From positions 124,001-188,000 of the forward strand of contig MCFE01000025.1 of the NCBI GenBank assembly GCA_002104905.1: 64,000 nucleotides of DNA, written 5' to 3'. This document shows, piece after piece, positions 39,281-51,341 of this stretch (the first letter of the stretch is position 1; each line of letters opens with the position of its first letter). Origin of the DNA: Basidiobolus meristosporus CBS 931.73. Its lineage: Eukaryota > Fungi > Basidiobolomycota. The notes under the pieces were generated by a model. The model made no database searches and was not told the DNA's origin. It was given only the letters and a program-made list of their open reading frames with translations. The position numbers were made by a program, and so were the translations under genes.

Positions 39281-40298
39281 GCGCATCTTGACCCTGCATC
39301 TGTTTATGATTTGTCGTTCCCTGTAAAATAAGAATTTTGGCCCTGTTTGTTACCCATCACTTCGATATATTGTTGGCCACCTGTTATAAAGTTGATCTTG
39401 ACCGTTTACACCGAGATGTGAGTGTTGTTAATTGGCGACGTCTAGACAAATCGGAATTCCCATCTGTATCATCTCGCAATCGGGCGAATCATGGCGGAGG
39501 GAATATTTACCCTTACACAGCAGCCAACCACCAGTATCTATGCCAGAACATGGGTGCTATCTAAACTTATTAAGCAACCCACTTCGCTCTCAATTGACTC
39601 CACCGATGATGCTTGATAAATTAACAAGATCGAGCCTTCAAACTCCACACCGTTGCGCGTGTAGGTTCCACAACATACTGATTGAATCGTTATTTTGGGC
39701 GGACGCCCGCTGTGTGAGCCGACTCAGGGGTAGCCATGGAGTTGATGAGTTGGCCTTGCTGTGTGTAACTCGTGTGGCGTTCAGATGGATTTCCAGACCT
39801 CCAAAGCCCTGTACTGTAGGTTGATGAGATCAGCAAATCATCTTCTTTGATTAGATGCGTAACATCAACAATCTATCTCTGTTGGGAGGGAGAGGCATTT
39901 GCTACAAACTTTCCTAGTGCTTATCCACCCAGCTTGACCCCTGGAGATTCGGTCATAGCACTAATACATAAAGTGGTATGAGCGAGTTCATTGCGTCTCG
40001 TAGGGGCAGTGAAGTTGCGGTGATGCAATTAATCAATTCCCAAGTCGAATCAGGATCATGCTGAGGTTGGTTGATTTTTCGCCAAGATATTGGGCAAAAA
40101 CCAGTGATAATTAATGACTTCATGAGTTGCCAACAGATATATGGAGGTGATGGTCAGTGTCGTAAGAACTACCCATCAGTAGACCCTTCGACCTCAATGC
40201 GCTGTACAAAAACCACTTCTAAAGGCGCCCGTTTGGATACTAATTTTCGGATTTTTATTGACATTTGAGGGGATTGCAATTCTTGTGGCATCTTCTGA

Positions 40299-40770
40299 TC
40301 ATTTCGCTCTGACTGCCCCGGGCTGTTGAGCCTCTCTACGTGCGGCATCTTGTAACAAACCGGTGTCAACGGAGGCGGCAGGAAGTTGAACGTATCTCAC
40401 TACCGAGCCACGAATGAAACAGTTCTTCACGGCGATCTGAAAGAAAGTGCGGAAAAGGTTGTTAGGAATGGATCTTCGGTCGCTGGCTTCAAATGATTGC
40501 TTTCGGCCAGCGTCAACACAATAATGATTAAACATCTACCATATGAGGGTACCGTGCCTCATCCACCACTTGAATGTTGTCCAGTTTGATGTTCAAGAAT
40601 TGATCTACGGAAACCAATACTCCGATGATGGAGAGATCATTCTTCAACTCTACAGTTACGGTCTGTCCCACCAGGGTTTTGAAAAAGGAGTAAAATAACT
40701 ACAGAACACGCAGAAGATTAGCGGTGTTTTTTGGGAGGGAACAGGGCCAGTTCGAAGGGACATTTACCAT
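40299..40770 (-). CDS. LSM2: U6 snRNA-associated Sm-like protein LSm2
   Basis: ATG-only first exon, then LFYSFFKTLVGQTVTVELKNDLSIIGVLVSVDQFLNIKL..YPHM and IAVKNCFIRGSVVRYVQLP..LLQDAARREA. Confidence 0.96.
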
Positions 40771-41048
40771 GTTTCGGAGAACGCTTAGAGGTAGAGGACC
40801 AACTCAAGATACGTGAAGGGATTTGTTTGGGGACCTGGATCAAAAAATACCGCCGCCTTCCAAAAATCGGTCGCCAAATTCACTTCGTATTTGAGGGATT
40901 TTGATCAAAACCAGGTTGGAAATTTGGGTTGAAGTTGGTTTATTACTGTCTAAATCAAATCTATTTAAGGCCATTTCTCTACGGCTGGAGGGGAGTGGTT
41001 CTATGGTGGATTCTATTTAAATATCCGGTCGTTTGTTTTGGGCGGGGT

Positions 41049-44000
41049 TCAGAACCCGTAGTACCCGGAGTAAAAGGATGCCATGGAGCCTTGCTTATTT
41101 CTTGCTTCAGAGTTAGACGCTGGCCTTGGTGGCGTGGGCAGGTTCTGGAATGGGTTAAACTCCTGTCTCACCCCGAGAGGCCACTTGTTTCCCTGGGAAT
41201 TGTAGCGGGTGTTGTTGTGATTGTAAGGGTTTCTAGGGATTGGTTGTTCCACTAAGATAGTGTCAGTAGATCGGTAGATAAGGCTTCATGAAAAAGGGCC
41301 TACCATTGTAGCCCAGGGAGGAGTTCCAGGTAGCGTTCTTGTGATTCTTCTGGAGGAACGTTGTCAGCAACAGTGATTGGATTTGCTGGTGATCAGGAGT
41401 TACCTTGGTTTCGTCAAAGAAGGATTCCGATATGACGCGAGCGGCGGATTGATGGACCTGGAACTACACAGCAGGTTAAATAAAGCCATTTGCCTTCAAC
41501 CACCCAAAGAAACACCTACATTCGCAGTGATCGATTGATCCGTGTAACGTCTCTAAAGTTGATGCTTGGAGTCAGAGGGAGGGGATTCGCGGGAGGAATT
41601 TCTATATGTTACCTGAGGAGTGGACTCGAAGAATGAATTTCCGGTTTGCTGATCAAATAGGGAATAACTGCGATTATCAGCCAGGAAGCGGTTGCCTAGT
41701 TTCACGAGGTGAGAGGGAAATCGTCGATGTATAGCTTTAGGCAAATACCTGGTGCTGAGATTGGCATGGATCTGTGGAGATAATGGGCAGATTCGCTCTC
41801 GATGCCCATGCTATTGGACCTTAATGGAACCTTCGATGGTGGATTAGTACTTGTTCTCCTCCGAGAAGATGCTTTCTTCTTACATGGTTGACGCTCAGGA
41901 ACTCATCGAGCATTTGCTGCGCCGCAGGGATCAGGGCTGTTTCCCGAATCTCGTACTTCAGTATGAACGAGTAGTATCCTTGGTCCATGGCTTTATTGCG
42001 CATTGATGGGAACCCGTTGAGATCGCGCGATGGAGCGATCAAAATAATGTTCAGCTCTTGCTTCATCTTCTTGACCAAGCTTCTGAACTCTTCCGAGTCG
42101 ACAGCCATGTAGAGTGCAGTGCTTGAAGGATACCGAACACGGGTCTCGTTCAAGGCAAGGTCTTGCATCCTATGGGCGATGAAGTTGGAGTCGTATGTAT
42201 CGAAGCCAGAGTCCTTGCGTTCAAAGGATGTGTTGTTCATTACTGTAGGCTCAGCTACCAACGGACCCGAGAAGAAATCACCCATCGACTCGAGTGACCA
42301 GTTTTGATCCTGTAGGCGATGGTCAACCACTAAGCTACTGTGGTGGAATGACTTTGGAGCACGTACCCTGTTCTCAACGAGGTCGACAATCGTCTGCTTA
42401 AACCTATCCAAGTTGCAAGCGTTTTTGGCCGGAGTTCTTGCTACTACGTTATCGCCTGAAGATATGCATACTCCTTGAGCAGCAAACTCCTCTGCCGTAG
42501 AAAACTTGACATACACTCCAAATTGCTTCATGATCCTTTGAATATTCTTGCCACCAACGCCGATGATGCGCTTGTGGTAGCTCTCAGGGACGTAGAAGGA
42601 GAGTTCGGCTGGCAGCTCCTCCTAACAGGAAAGTGAGTAGTCCGGACCACAAGTGCAGTAAGCATCGTAGGAACAAACCTGTAGCAGCTTTAGTCCCTCG
42701 AGAGTCTTGTTGCACTCTGGGCTGTAGATGTTGATGAAGAAATTGCAGTCATTGAAATTTTCGAACCCGATCTTGACATTCGCAACCTTCATGATCTTGT
42801 TGATCTTCCCATTCTTCTTGCCACTAATGAACTCTCTGTGCTCGATTGCAAGCTCCACCTGAAGCTTGATCTCTCGTTGGAATAGCTAGTCGTGGTTGGG
42901 CTCAGGTTAGGATGGGCTGGTGGAGATTGGGTGGATCTGTGTATATCGAAACCTTACCTGGAATGAATATTCGTTCCCGATCAAGCGGAAAGCCGCCTTT
43001 AATTGAGCGGGCTCCCCGGAAACTTCGAAACTGTGGTTGTGGTAGATAACCTCTGTACCAGAGGTTTGGGAGATCCGAGATAAGAGAGCGTTCATTTCTT
43101 CGTCCTTTGGAAGTTGGACTGGCTGGCTGCTTGGGATGTTGCTTTCCAACCAAAGCCAACCGGAGAAAAGATCGCTCGTCTGGTAAAACGAGTTAGCCAT
43201 GTAGTCGAGTTCTTGGTAACAGGATGAATAAGCGTACCATTTGCATGATGGCCTTCGTGGTGCGGGATACTTCAATTTCGTTTTGCCCATAGATGGTGAT
43301 GTATTGGTGACTGGATTCAAAGGTAGGCAGAATGATTGAAGTGGCTGGGACAATAAAACTCTATCAATACATCGATTCTCCTAAATCCTTCAGATTCTTA
43401 GTACTGTACCGTTGTTCTGCATAACTCCAGTCAGATCAGTGTATTTAACGAGGGGTAGCCAGTCAAGCTTTCGTGGCTGCACTGTGATGTGCCTTTTGAT
43501 CAAGGCCATGTTCTAAAGTGAGGTGAAAGGATTCAATGGCTGCTCAAGGGATCCCTCAAACAAACAACGAATTACCGTTTTGCTGACCGCTGCCTCAATG
43601 CGTTGTGTTGCAAGCTCGACTTTCTCCTTTTCCCCGGAAATCAGGATATCCTTTGGCGGGGCTACGTTGGAGTAGCATCCTAGTAGATTTCCATAATGCA
43701 GAGGTACGTCAATCTTCACATGGAGCTCCTCTTCAAGCGCCTTAAGAAAAGTATCGTTGGGGCCAGATATGATCCTTAGCATATGTGCCTCAACATTGAT
43801 CACTGAAGTAAAGGCCTTGCGCTGTTCCATCAAAAGCAGCTGTTCAGTCAATGGATCGCAAAGCGGAGTACGAAGAATCACTTACGCAGAAGTCTTCCTC
43901 CAGACGGACGAGATCCTGTCGAACCTTCTCAACACCGTGTGGCCTGCCTTTGATCACGACCTGGCTGTTTGGTTGTTGATCAACAAACTCGATGGCGATG

Positions 44001-44433
44001 TCCCTGCCGCGGATGATGTCATCCACATGAAACTGAACCTCAGGCCTCCAGTTACCGTCCTCGACCATCTCCTCGCAGCAATTCATCTTGACCTTCACTT
44101 CAAGCTAAACACAAGGCGTGTGGGTAACAATTCGTGGAGACGAGCCTAGAAAAGCAACCTTACCTCCGATGGATATTGCTGCAACAAAGAACGCTGAATG
44201 GCTAGGATTCGCGAAGTGGGGCCAGTGAGGAGGATCTGATACTGAGGTGATTTGGAATGAGCTATAGCTGGGTCGATCTCGTTAATCTCGTAGTGACATG
44301 GGGGTTCAACCAAAGTGTCGCACAGTTGGGTAAGTCTCGTTAGGGTAAATCCATTGGATTCAACCTCAGTGTTGGATTGATGACGGGTCAACAGGGGCTG
44401 AACTAAGCAGAAGGCAACTGAGGAGTATTCCAT
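41049..44433 (-). CDS. Multi-KH-domain RNA-binding protein (Mug60/YLL032C-like)
   Basis: Many exons; RKLDWL, EHREFISGKKNGKINKIMK, FYVPESYHKRIIGVGGKNIQRIMKQFGVYVKFS, NVVARTPAKN. The 3' exon structure is approximate. Confidence 0.82.
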
Positions 44434-44613
44434 GGTAGGGTAACTGGGCAAAGTGCAAGGGAGGAGTAGGAGATATACTTTATTGAAGAGAGATGACGAG
44501 GTTTCTGTTGTCAGGGGAGATCGACCCCACACTTATATATCAGGCTGGTTGACGTCTAAACAACGATAGAATAACTGTTGGTGTGCCTGCTTCAGAATCA
44601 TAACAATTATAAA

Positions 44614-45171
44614 ATGGAGCAAAGTGCAAACAACGGAGTGTATCGAAGCAAAGATCAAACATCAATGGGTTATTCTCCTTGGATTCATGGCAATGCGAGC
44701 ATTATTCCATGTTTTCCTCATTATCCACTTCCCGCGCCTGGTTGTCGCCATTGTGCGAATACCGATCATTATTCATCAGCTCGGGATTGGAACATAGCCC
44801 GTGTTCCAAAACGGCCCCAACGTTGTTTCAGGACATGCAAGGTCCTCAAGACGGGAATTTTTGGATCATCTATGTGTTTCTTGGGAGCGGGTCACACGAT
44901 CGGCATACTCGCACCTCAACCACCAAACAATCACAAAATCAGGAAATATCTCCACAAATATCAATTGCTTAATGAATGTTTAATTACACAAGCTCACTGC
45001 ATTGTCAATCACCCCCCCCCCTCCTTCCCCGCCCGATCTGATCCATCAACTGACAATGTACGTTCATTAGTGATCATCAACTACTCCGTCCCCATGCAGG
45101 CTGACGACAGAGTCCAACAAGTTAAAACATCCTTGGATGCGTGCACATCAAACAAACATTGGCTATTCTGA
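44614..45171 (+). CDS. Hypothetical Cys/His/Pro-rich ORF
   Basis: 185-codon ORF filling the gap between the KH gene start and the XRN1 stop; no recognisable domain. Confidence 0.25.
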   Translation: MEQSANNGVYRSKDQTSMGYSPWIHGNASIIPCFPHYPLPAPGCRHCANTDHYSSARDWNIARVPKRPQRCFRTCKVLKTGIFGSSMCFLGAGHTIGILAPQPPNNHKIRKYLHKYQLLNECLITQAHCIVNHPPPSFPARSDPSTDNVRSLVIINYSVPMQADDRVQQVKTSLDACTSNKHWLF

Positions 45172-45339
45172 TTGGCACCGGAGTTCGAAACTTTATTACG
45201 GTTTGCTATTTTTGAATTAAGGTTTTGCTTAGCCTCAGATAAATTAGAAATATACCCTTTCGAGTGGGGATGTCGTACGTCATAAGACGAATACACTCCT
45301 GCTTGTCGCTTATTGTTGAGTGCTACGTGGCTGCTCTTT

Positions 45340-48300
45340 CTAATTTGCCTTGTTGGGATTCCAAATCTTTCCATTGCCGCCACGCCCACGGTTGTTGCCC
45401 CGACCTCTATGAGGTTGACGATAGTCCGAAGGATTTCCTCTATCTTGGTGGTTTTGCGGATGGGGTGCCGTATGGCTGTTCGGTCCATAGCCGGGATGTG
45501 GGCGTCCTCTAGAAGGATACTCACCTCGACCTCTTCCACGCTGAGGAATGAACTGGCTTGGATAGGGAGTCACATTACGATTAGGACTTGGCCCCGAGTT
45601 GTTTGGTCGGTATTGGGGATTGTGGTGGTGATTACGGTGCTGCTGTGGCGAAGAGTCATGAGATGGTCCGTCTGATTGCATTTTTGCCACGTCGCCTATT
45701 TGTGGGCGGTTAAGGTTAAGGATGGCGTGGCATGGAACAGTCATACCACGATGAGCTGAGCATCTTCCTCCCAGGTCATTGCCGCTGATGAAAGTGTGGT
45801 CGAACACGACATCGACACTAGTGTCCAATACTCCGACAACAGTTCCTTTGCTTGTCATTGGAACTTTACCCGAGTCCAACACATAAGCTACTCGGTCACC
45901 TAGGCTGAATTTCTGTTCACCAAGCCCATGAATAGCATCGGCTGGCTTCAGGACTGCCTTACGGGGGATGTTTTTGATCAGAACGGACTTAATCTCACTG
46001 TTGCTTTTGACGTATTGGTCAGCATGACTCTCAACCAACATGATGGACTCTCTATCCAGAGCTTCCGTTTCAAGGGGAACTCTCTCTAAATCATCACATC
46101 CCAGGGACTTGATCCAACTCTTAATCTCTTGCATCTTCTTCGGGGCTTCCTCTTGGGGATAGAAATCGGTTGCATAATAAAGATCAGCATTCTTTCGCTG
46201 CTCCAAACCTTGGATAAATTGAGGGAATTTGGCTTTGTATTCTTCAAGCATCACGATCGCCTTGTGAGTAAATTCCCATCCTTTGTTGGTTTTTCTGGAA
46301 TATCCCAAGACTTTTTGCTTCTTGCCTTCGAACTTCAGATTCAAACCAAGGTTGATTTGTTGTTCACCTACAATTACGCGCATGCTCGAAGTCAGTCTAC
46401 TCAGGATAAGATTAGAGAGCCCCAATTTCTTGCTGATGATGAAGCTTGGAGTATAGTTGATGTTGCGCAGGTAGTTAAAGGCAACTAGTTGACCAAAGAC
46501 CGGCTCCCGTCCGCCGGTTGCTGTTGAAGTGTTCATTTTGATGCTAACCCCAGTCGGGGAGTTTTCCGATATGACTGCCGGTGAACCGTAGTAAAGCTTG
46601 CCTAAGAAGAACACTGGCGTTCCAACTGGGAACTCCTCCGAAACCGGGATGGGGGGTCTTTCTTGGAAACGAGGATCCTCAAATTCCACTTGAGTAACCA
46701 TAGTTTGCAAAGGGAACTCCTTTTCATCCCCAGGCTTGGCGTACTCTTTAACTAGGGCTCCATCCTCGGTACGGCAGAGTCCCTTGAGTAACAAAACATG
46801 AGCAATCATATTAACCGATCCGAATAATACGCCGCGACGCTTGCTAAATTTGTGCTCCAGCGCTTTAGCCCGTTTAGTCCAGAAGGAGATCATATCGGGC
46901 TCATGTGGAGTTTTGATCATGGCCACCTTACCGGAACGTTCAACGAACTCGTATTTGAAGAATTCATCGGTTAAATAAGAGAGCTTAGCCTCCACCAAGA
47001 ATGGCCAGCTGACGAAGATCTTCTTACTGAGGAACTGATTGGCGATTGCGTCTGCAGATTGATGCTCATAGATATCTTGCAAGGTAATCACCATGGTCTC
47101 ATTGCGACTATCAGAATTGAACACATTGACGCCATGCAATGTGAGGGATCCTGAATGGGGTATGGTATCCAATGTAGGGAACCCTGCCATGGTGTGGATG
47201 CCAAGGCCTGCACCTTTACAGAGACCTTTGTTCAACATGGATTCATCGGCTTCGGGAAGGTTATAGACAGTCATCATGCATTGGCATCGAACGATATCAG
47301 GGAAGATTCCGGGCAATGAAGAAGGATAAGTCTCGTCCCGATTCTTGTCGTAGCTGAAAATGTAGTTTTCGCCAAAAGCATTCCTTTGGCGCTCTTCTTC
47401 CGTTAAACGATGCTCTCTTGTCCTCATTGCCTGGAGCAATCTCTCTTGATCGATGAAGGGGATTTTGACTACAGCCTCCCAGTCTGCCTTCTTGCCGTTC
47501 ATGTCCAATGAAAAATCAGTAGGATAGAAGTCGATAATTGGCGAATTGGGGTCAGACATCAATTCTCTATAAGCCATGGGGATATGCTTCTTGGACGCTT
47601 CAGGCAACACACCCATGAGCTGCTCATATGGTCTGAAAGGAGTGCCCATTTCAAACTTCAATTCGAAACGGGTCAGATCCTTGAGATCTGAAATCATCGG
47701 AGCATAGTGGAAGGGAAAGAACCAACCCCATGAGCAGATCCCGTTGTAGTAGTAATTCAATACCCACTGCAGTCCCTCTACGTAGCTCTTGATTAGTTTG
47801 TCCATATTTTCTTTGTCATCCAGGTCAAATTCGAATTTTTCACGGTAGTAATACGACTTCCATTCTCGGTATTTCTCCTCGAACCTGGCCTTTTCATCTG
47901 CTTCCATTTGTGCTGCTGAGTCATCGCTGACAATCGCCGCATCGTATTTCTTCAATGCTGGAGCCTCGGTATCTGTTTCTTCGTCGTCTTCTGTATCGAA
48001 CTCGAGATAAGCATGTCTAGTCTTAAGATCGTCATGGAACTCTGTGGCATAAAGTAATCCCAAGTCCTTGGCTACCGACTGGATGAATCCACGGTCTTTC
48101 GCTGGCAAATCAGGTGAGAAGTGCAATGACTCCTGGTTACGAAGAACATAGAACTTCTTGATTTCCTCGTACAGCTCCTTTTGCTTGGCAGTAATAACTA
48201 AGGGATTTGTGGGTTAATAAAAGCACGGCCATGTACAATCAACTACCGCCACTAACATAGTTCTCCCTTGGCTTTTTTCTTCAGCTTCTCTTGTTCGGTA

Positions 48301-49844
48301 CTAATGGTTTTCCCGCGATACCAATTCAAATCGGCAAATTGCTCTTCAAACAAGTCTCTCTCGAAATCGTGGAGATAATTGAGTAGAATCTGAAGACGCT
48401 CAACGTTCATTCGGCCACCATCGTTGATATAACCGCCTGCGGATATAGAAATATCACATTAGAGTCGAGCTCGCAAGCATGATAGTGTACCAGGATCTTA
48501 CCCGCGTGCATAATTGCCTTTTTGTAGACATTAAACATGAGGGATAACGCTCCTTCCGCGATATGTAGATGAGGAAGGTTGGGCAAGAAATCGTTCCCGA
48601 CGAAGAAAGCCATCAGCACAAAATCATCAATGATCTTCTCGAGGTCGTACGGGAAAGGAAGCTCCTCTTTGAGAGAGGAGAACTCAAGTTCAAGGTATTC
48701 GCGAAGTAGTGAGAGATGCATTAGGTAGAAATTCTGCGACTCCAAGCTGAAAAATTGGCGATTTAGCGCATTCAGTGATGAAACTGTATGAAGGAGGGTA
48801 TAGTTACGTTTGCTTCTTCTTATGGCGACTAGGCCCGAATGTCACCTCCTCTCTCAACAATGCAAAATGAGGCTCATGGCTGAGCAGGCCCAGCATAATT
48901 AAATCAGCATCCAGCCCATACAAACAGTGGCGAACATTAGGGTCATAATCAGGCTGCGCCTTGGTCATTCTAATATACTCCATGATTTTGTGCTCGCCTT
49001 CACCAGGGACCTAGTATTGAATGTGAATACGCGTCCATTGCGCAAATCAAGTAAGTGGGATATACTTCGTGGCCGGATAAGATGACTTGGATTCCTCTCC
49101 AGTTAGCATCCTCAGTAACCTTCTTATTCACGAAATATTTCAGATGGCGTGTCAAGCCTGCCATGAAGGGAGTTCCTATTGGGATATCAAATCCGTTAGC
49201 TTAAGAAAATTGTTACAAGGCAACCAAATGTGGGGCACTTGCCTGGTGTGATACAATTACTATCGAACGGCTCTTCAGTAGGTAACTCTTCACCATTTGC
49301 TTCCGCCTTTTTCCTGGCCGCGGCCGCATCCTTGGCGGTACGAAAACGTCTGGAGCGCTGTTGGTTCATTTTAGCTCTTGGCGCGACACCTGTTTTGTAA
49401 AGGTATGATAGAATGTCAGCGACGCTCCAACGGAACTAGACAATAAAATAGGACGAACCGTCAATAGCCATGAAGAAAACTTTACGCGGCTTGATCTTCA
49501 GGAAAAGATGATCAATGTAGTTGAAAATATCAATGAACATTTGCGCTTCGGTTAGACGGAAATGTGGATCGCCATCTTTAGGGTGAGTGCAGTTATGGAT
49601 AATGCCATTCATATCCAAATACAAATTGTCTATGGTAAAACACCTTAGCAACAGACTAGACCAGGTTACTCTTGTGAGACGGAAAGTTACCAAATTCAGG
49701 GATTCTACTCTCATTCACTAGCTGACTGCATAGTGGGTATCTTTCGCTATAGTTAGGAAAGGGTCTGTTAATAACTTCTCATAGGTGATAGTGGAGTGGG
49801 ATGCATACATACCTCATCCATCTAAAAAATTTAGGGATCCCCAT
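45340..49844 (-). CDS. XRN1: 5'-3' exoribonuclease 1
   Basis: [78 protein letters not shown], long C-terminal region with SH3-like FSLGDRV and an RG-rich tail. Confidence 0.97.
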
Positions 49845-50352
49845 AGTGTTATGTATTTACGGGAAAGAAACGAGATAAAATATATAACAAAAGAAAGTCA
49901 AGAAAGCAAGGTTTGTAATAGCTATGAAAACTCTAATATCTTGAGCCTATGTCTTTAAGCAAGTGTCGTTATCTTCAGTCAGTAAAACTTGTCAGTCTAT
50001 TAGCAATAAGTTCAGCTGATTGGAGCAGACTGATTATAAGCTAACGAATGTGACGCGCGAATCAATGAATTGAAATAGATTAGAAAAAAATGGGAATACG
50101 TATTCGATCGGACAATAATGCTTCACTCCTAGATCTTGTTTCAAGTACCTACAGTGGATTGCGGGTTGCTGGTTGTGGGTTGGATCGGTGCCACTACTGT
50201 ACCATCGATTAAATCCACGTAGCTGACCCGTTTGACGGGTGTGGTTGGATTTGTTGATGACCAAGTATTTCTGTTGCCCAATTCATCAACAAACTTCATG
50301 ATGTGTCACAGATACACGTATAAAAACACCGATTTCGAATGGACATGATTCA

Positions 50353-51313
50353 ATGCCCAAACGTTCTTTGCAACTGAAGGAGCGGATTCCAGTTTACCGT
50401 GAATACGAAGTCTGCTGTCAGGAACTTCGCCCTCCTGCGAGAAGATACTCCGTTACCAGCGACATAGTGATTCCGAAAGAGAGAAATGTATCTAGTTTCA
50501 TAAGAGCCGCAAGATAACCCAATAGTAACCACTTTTGCAGGAAATCCATTTACGTTCGTTACTTGGGAATAACCCCGGTCTGGAGGGAATCCCAGTCCCG
50601 AAGGTTTACGCCCTTCCTTTACATGATGCATTCCCGTCCAAGAGATTTTCCCTGCCTAAAGAATTTATAACATACAATCGCCCAGAAATTCCTTCCCATT
50701 TAGAATACAATTTAAATGAACATGATGAGCAATGGTTGCATAAATTGAACACTCAGAAATCCATCAACCGCTTGAATGAATCCGATTTTGAATCAATGAT
50801 GGCTATACTTGAACAATCCAACCCGGCCAAGGTATGCCACATAAAGATATTCGTTTCCCGGTACCTTGTCCAACAGATAGTCAAGTTCCAGGATATAACT
50901 CGCCAAAGTGTTGCTTTGTTTTCTCACCCAAAGGCATACAACGTCTTCAAATATTGGAGGTATTGCAAACAGACACGCGAGGGCCACATTTCTCCCTGTT
51001 TGAAGGTAACACAACATCTGTGTCGTGTGTCTGCGAAGCTACTGAATGTTGGCTCTAGACAACCGATGCAGGCGGTCCTTCTAATCCATACGTATGTTTC
51101 CGAGCAACATCCCGCAAGCATCTCAAGGATTCCCAACAAGCATGCGACAGTGCAGGAACTAGTACTTTTTTGGAGAACAGGGGATCAGGCCCTAAACGAA
51201 GTAGACCTGACCCATTAGAGGAATTGGAGGCGTTAAGACGTGGAATGCAAGAAGCGAAAATGACTTTACTAAGATTGAAGAATGCAGTGTGCAATTTTAA
51301 TAGAAATGATTAA
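50353..51313 (+). CDS. Short, divergent Enhancer-of-polycomb (Epl1)-like protein, N-terminal domain only (about 269 aa)
   Basis: Exons 50353-50487, 50541-50831, 50877-51005 and 51059-51313 are all phase 0. RIPVYR, EIHL..IPVP, EYNLNEHDEQWL..LNESDFESMM, FKYWR, NPYVCFR, LRRGMQEAK. Confidence 0.7.
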
Positions 51314-51341
51314 ACTTGATGGAAATGAGACGCAGAATATT

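Noticed and set aside
40481-40512. 7-bp GC-rich hairpin in LSM2 intron 2
   Set aside because: A stem this short arises by chance, and there are no snoRNA boxes.
42120-42140. GTATCCTT U12-type donor-like motif in the KH gene (also near 45515 in XRN1)
   Set aside because: Both lie in continuous coding frames that need no intron.
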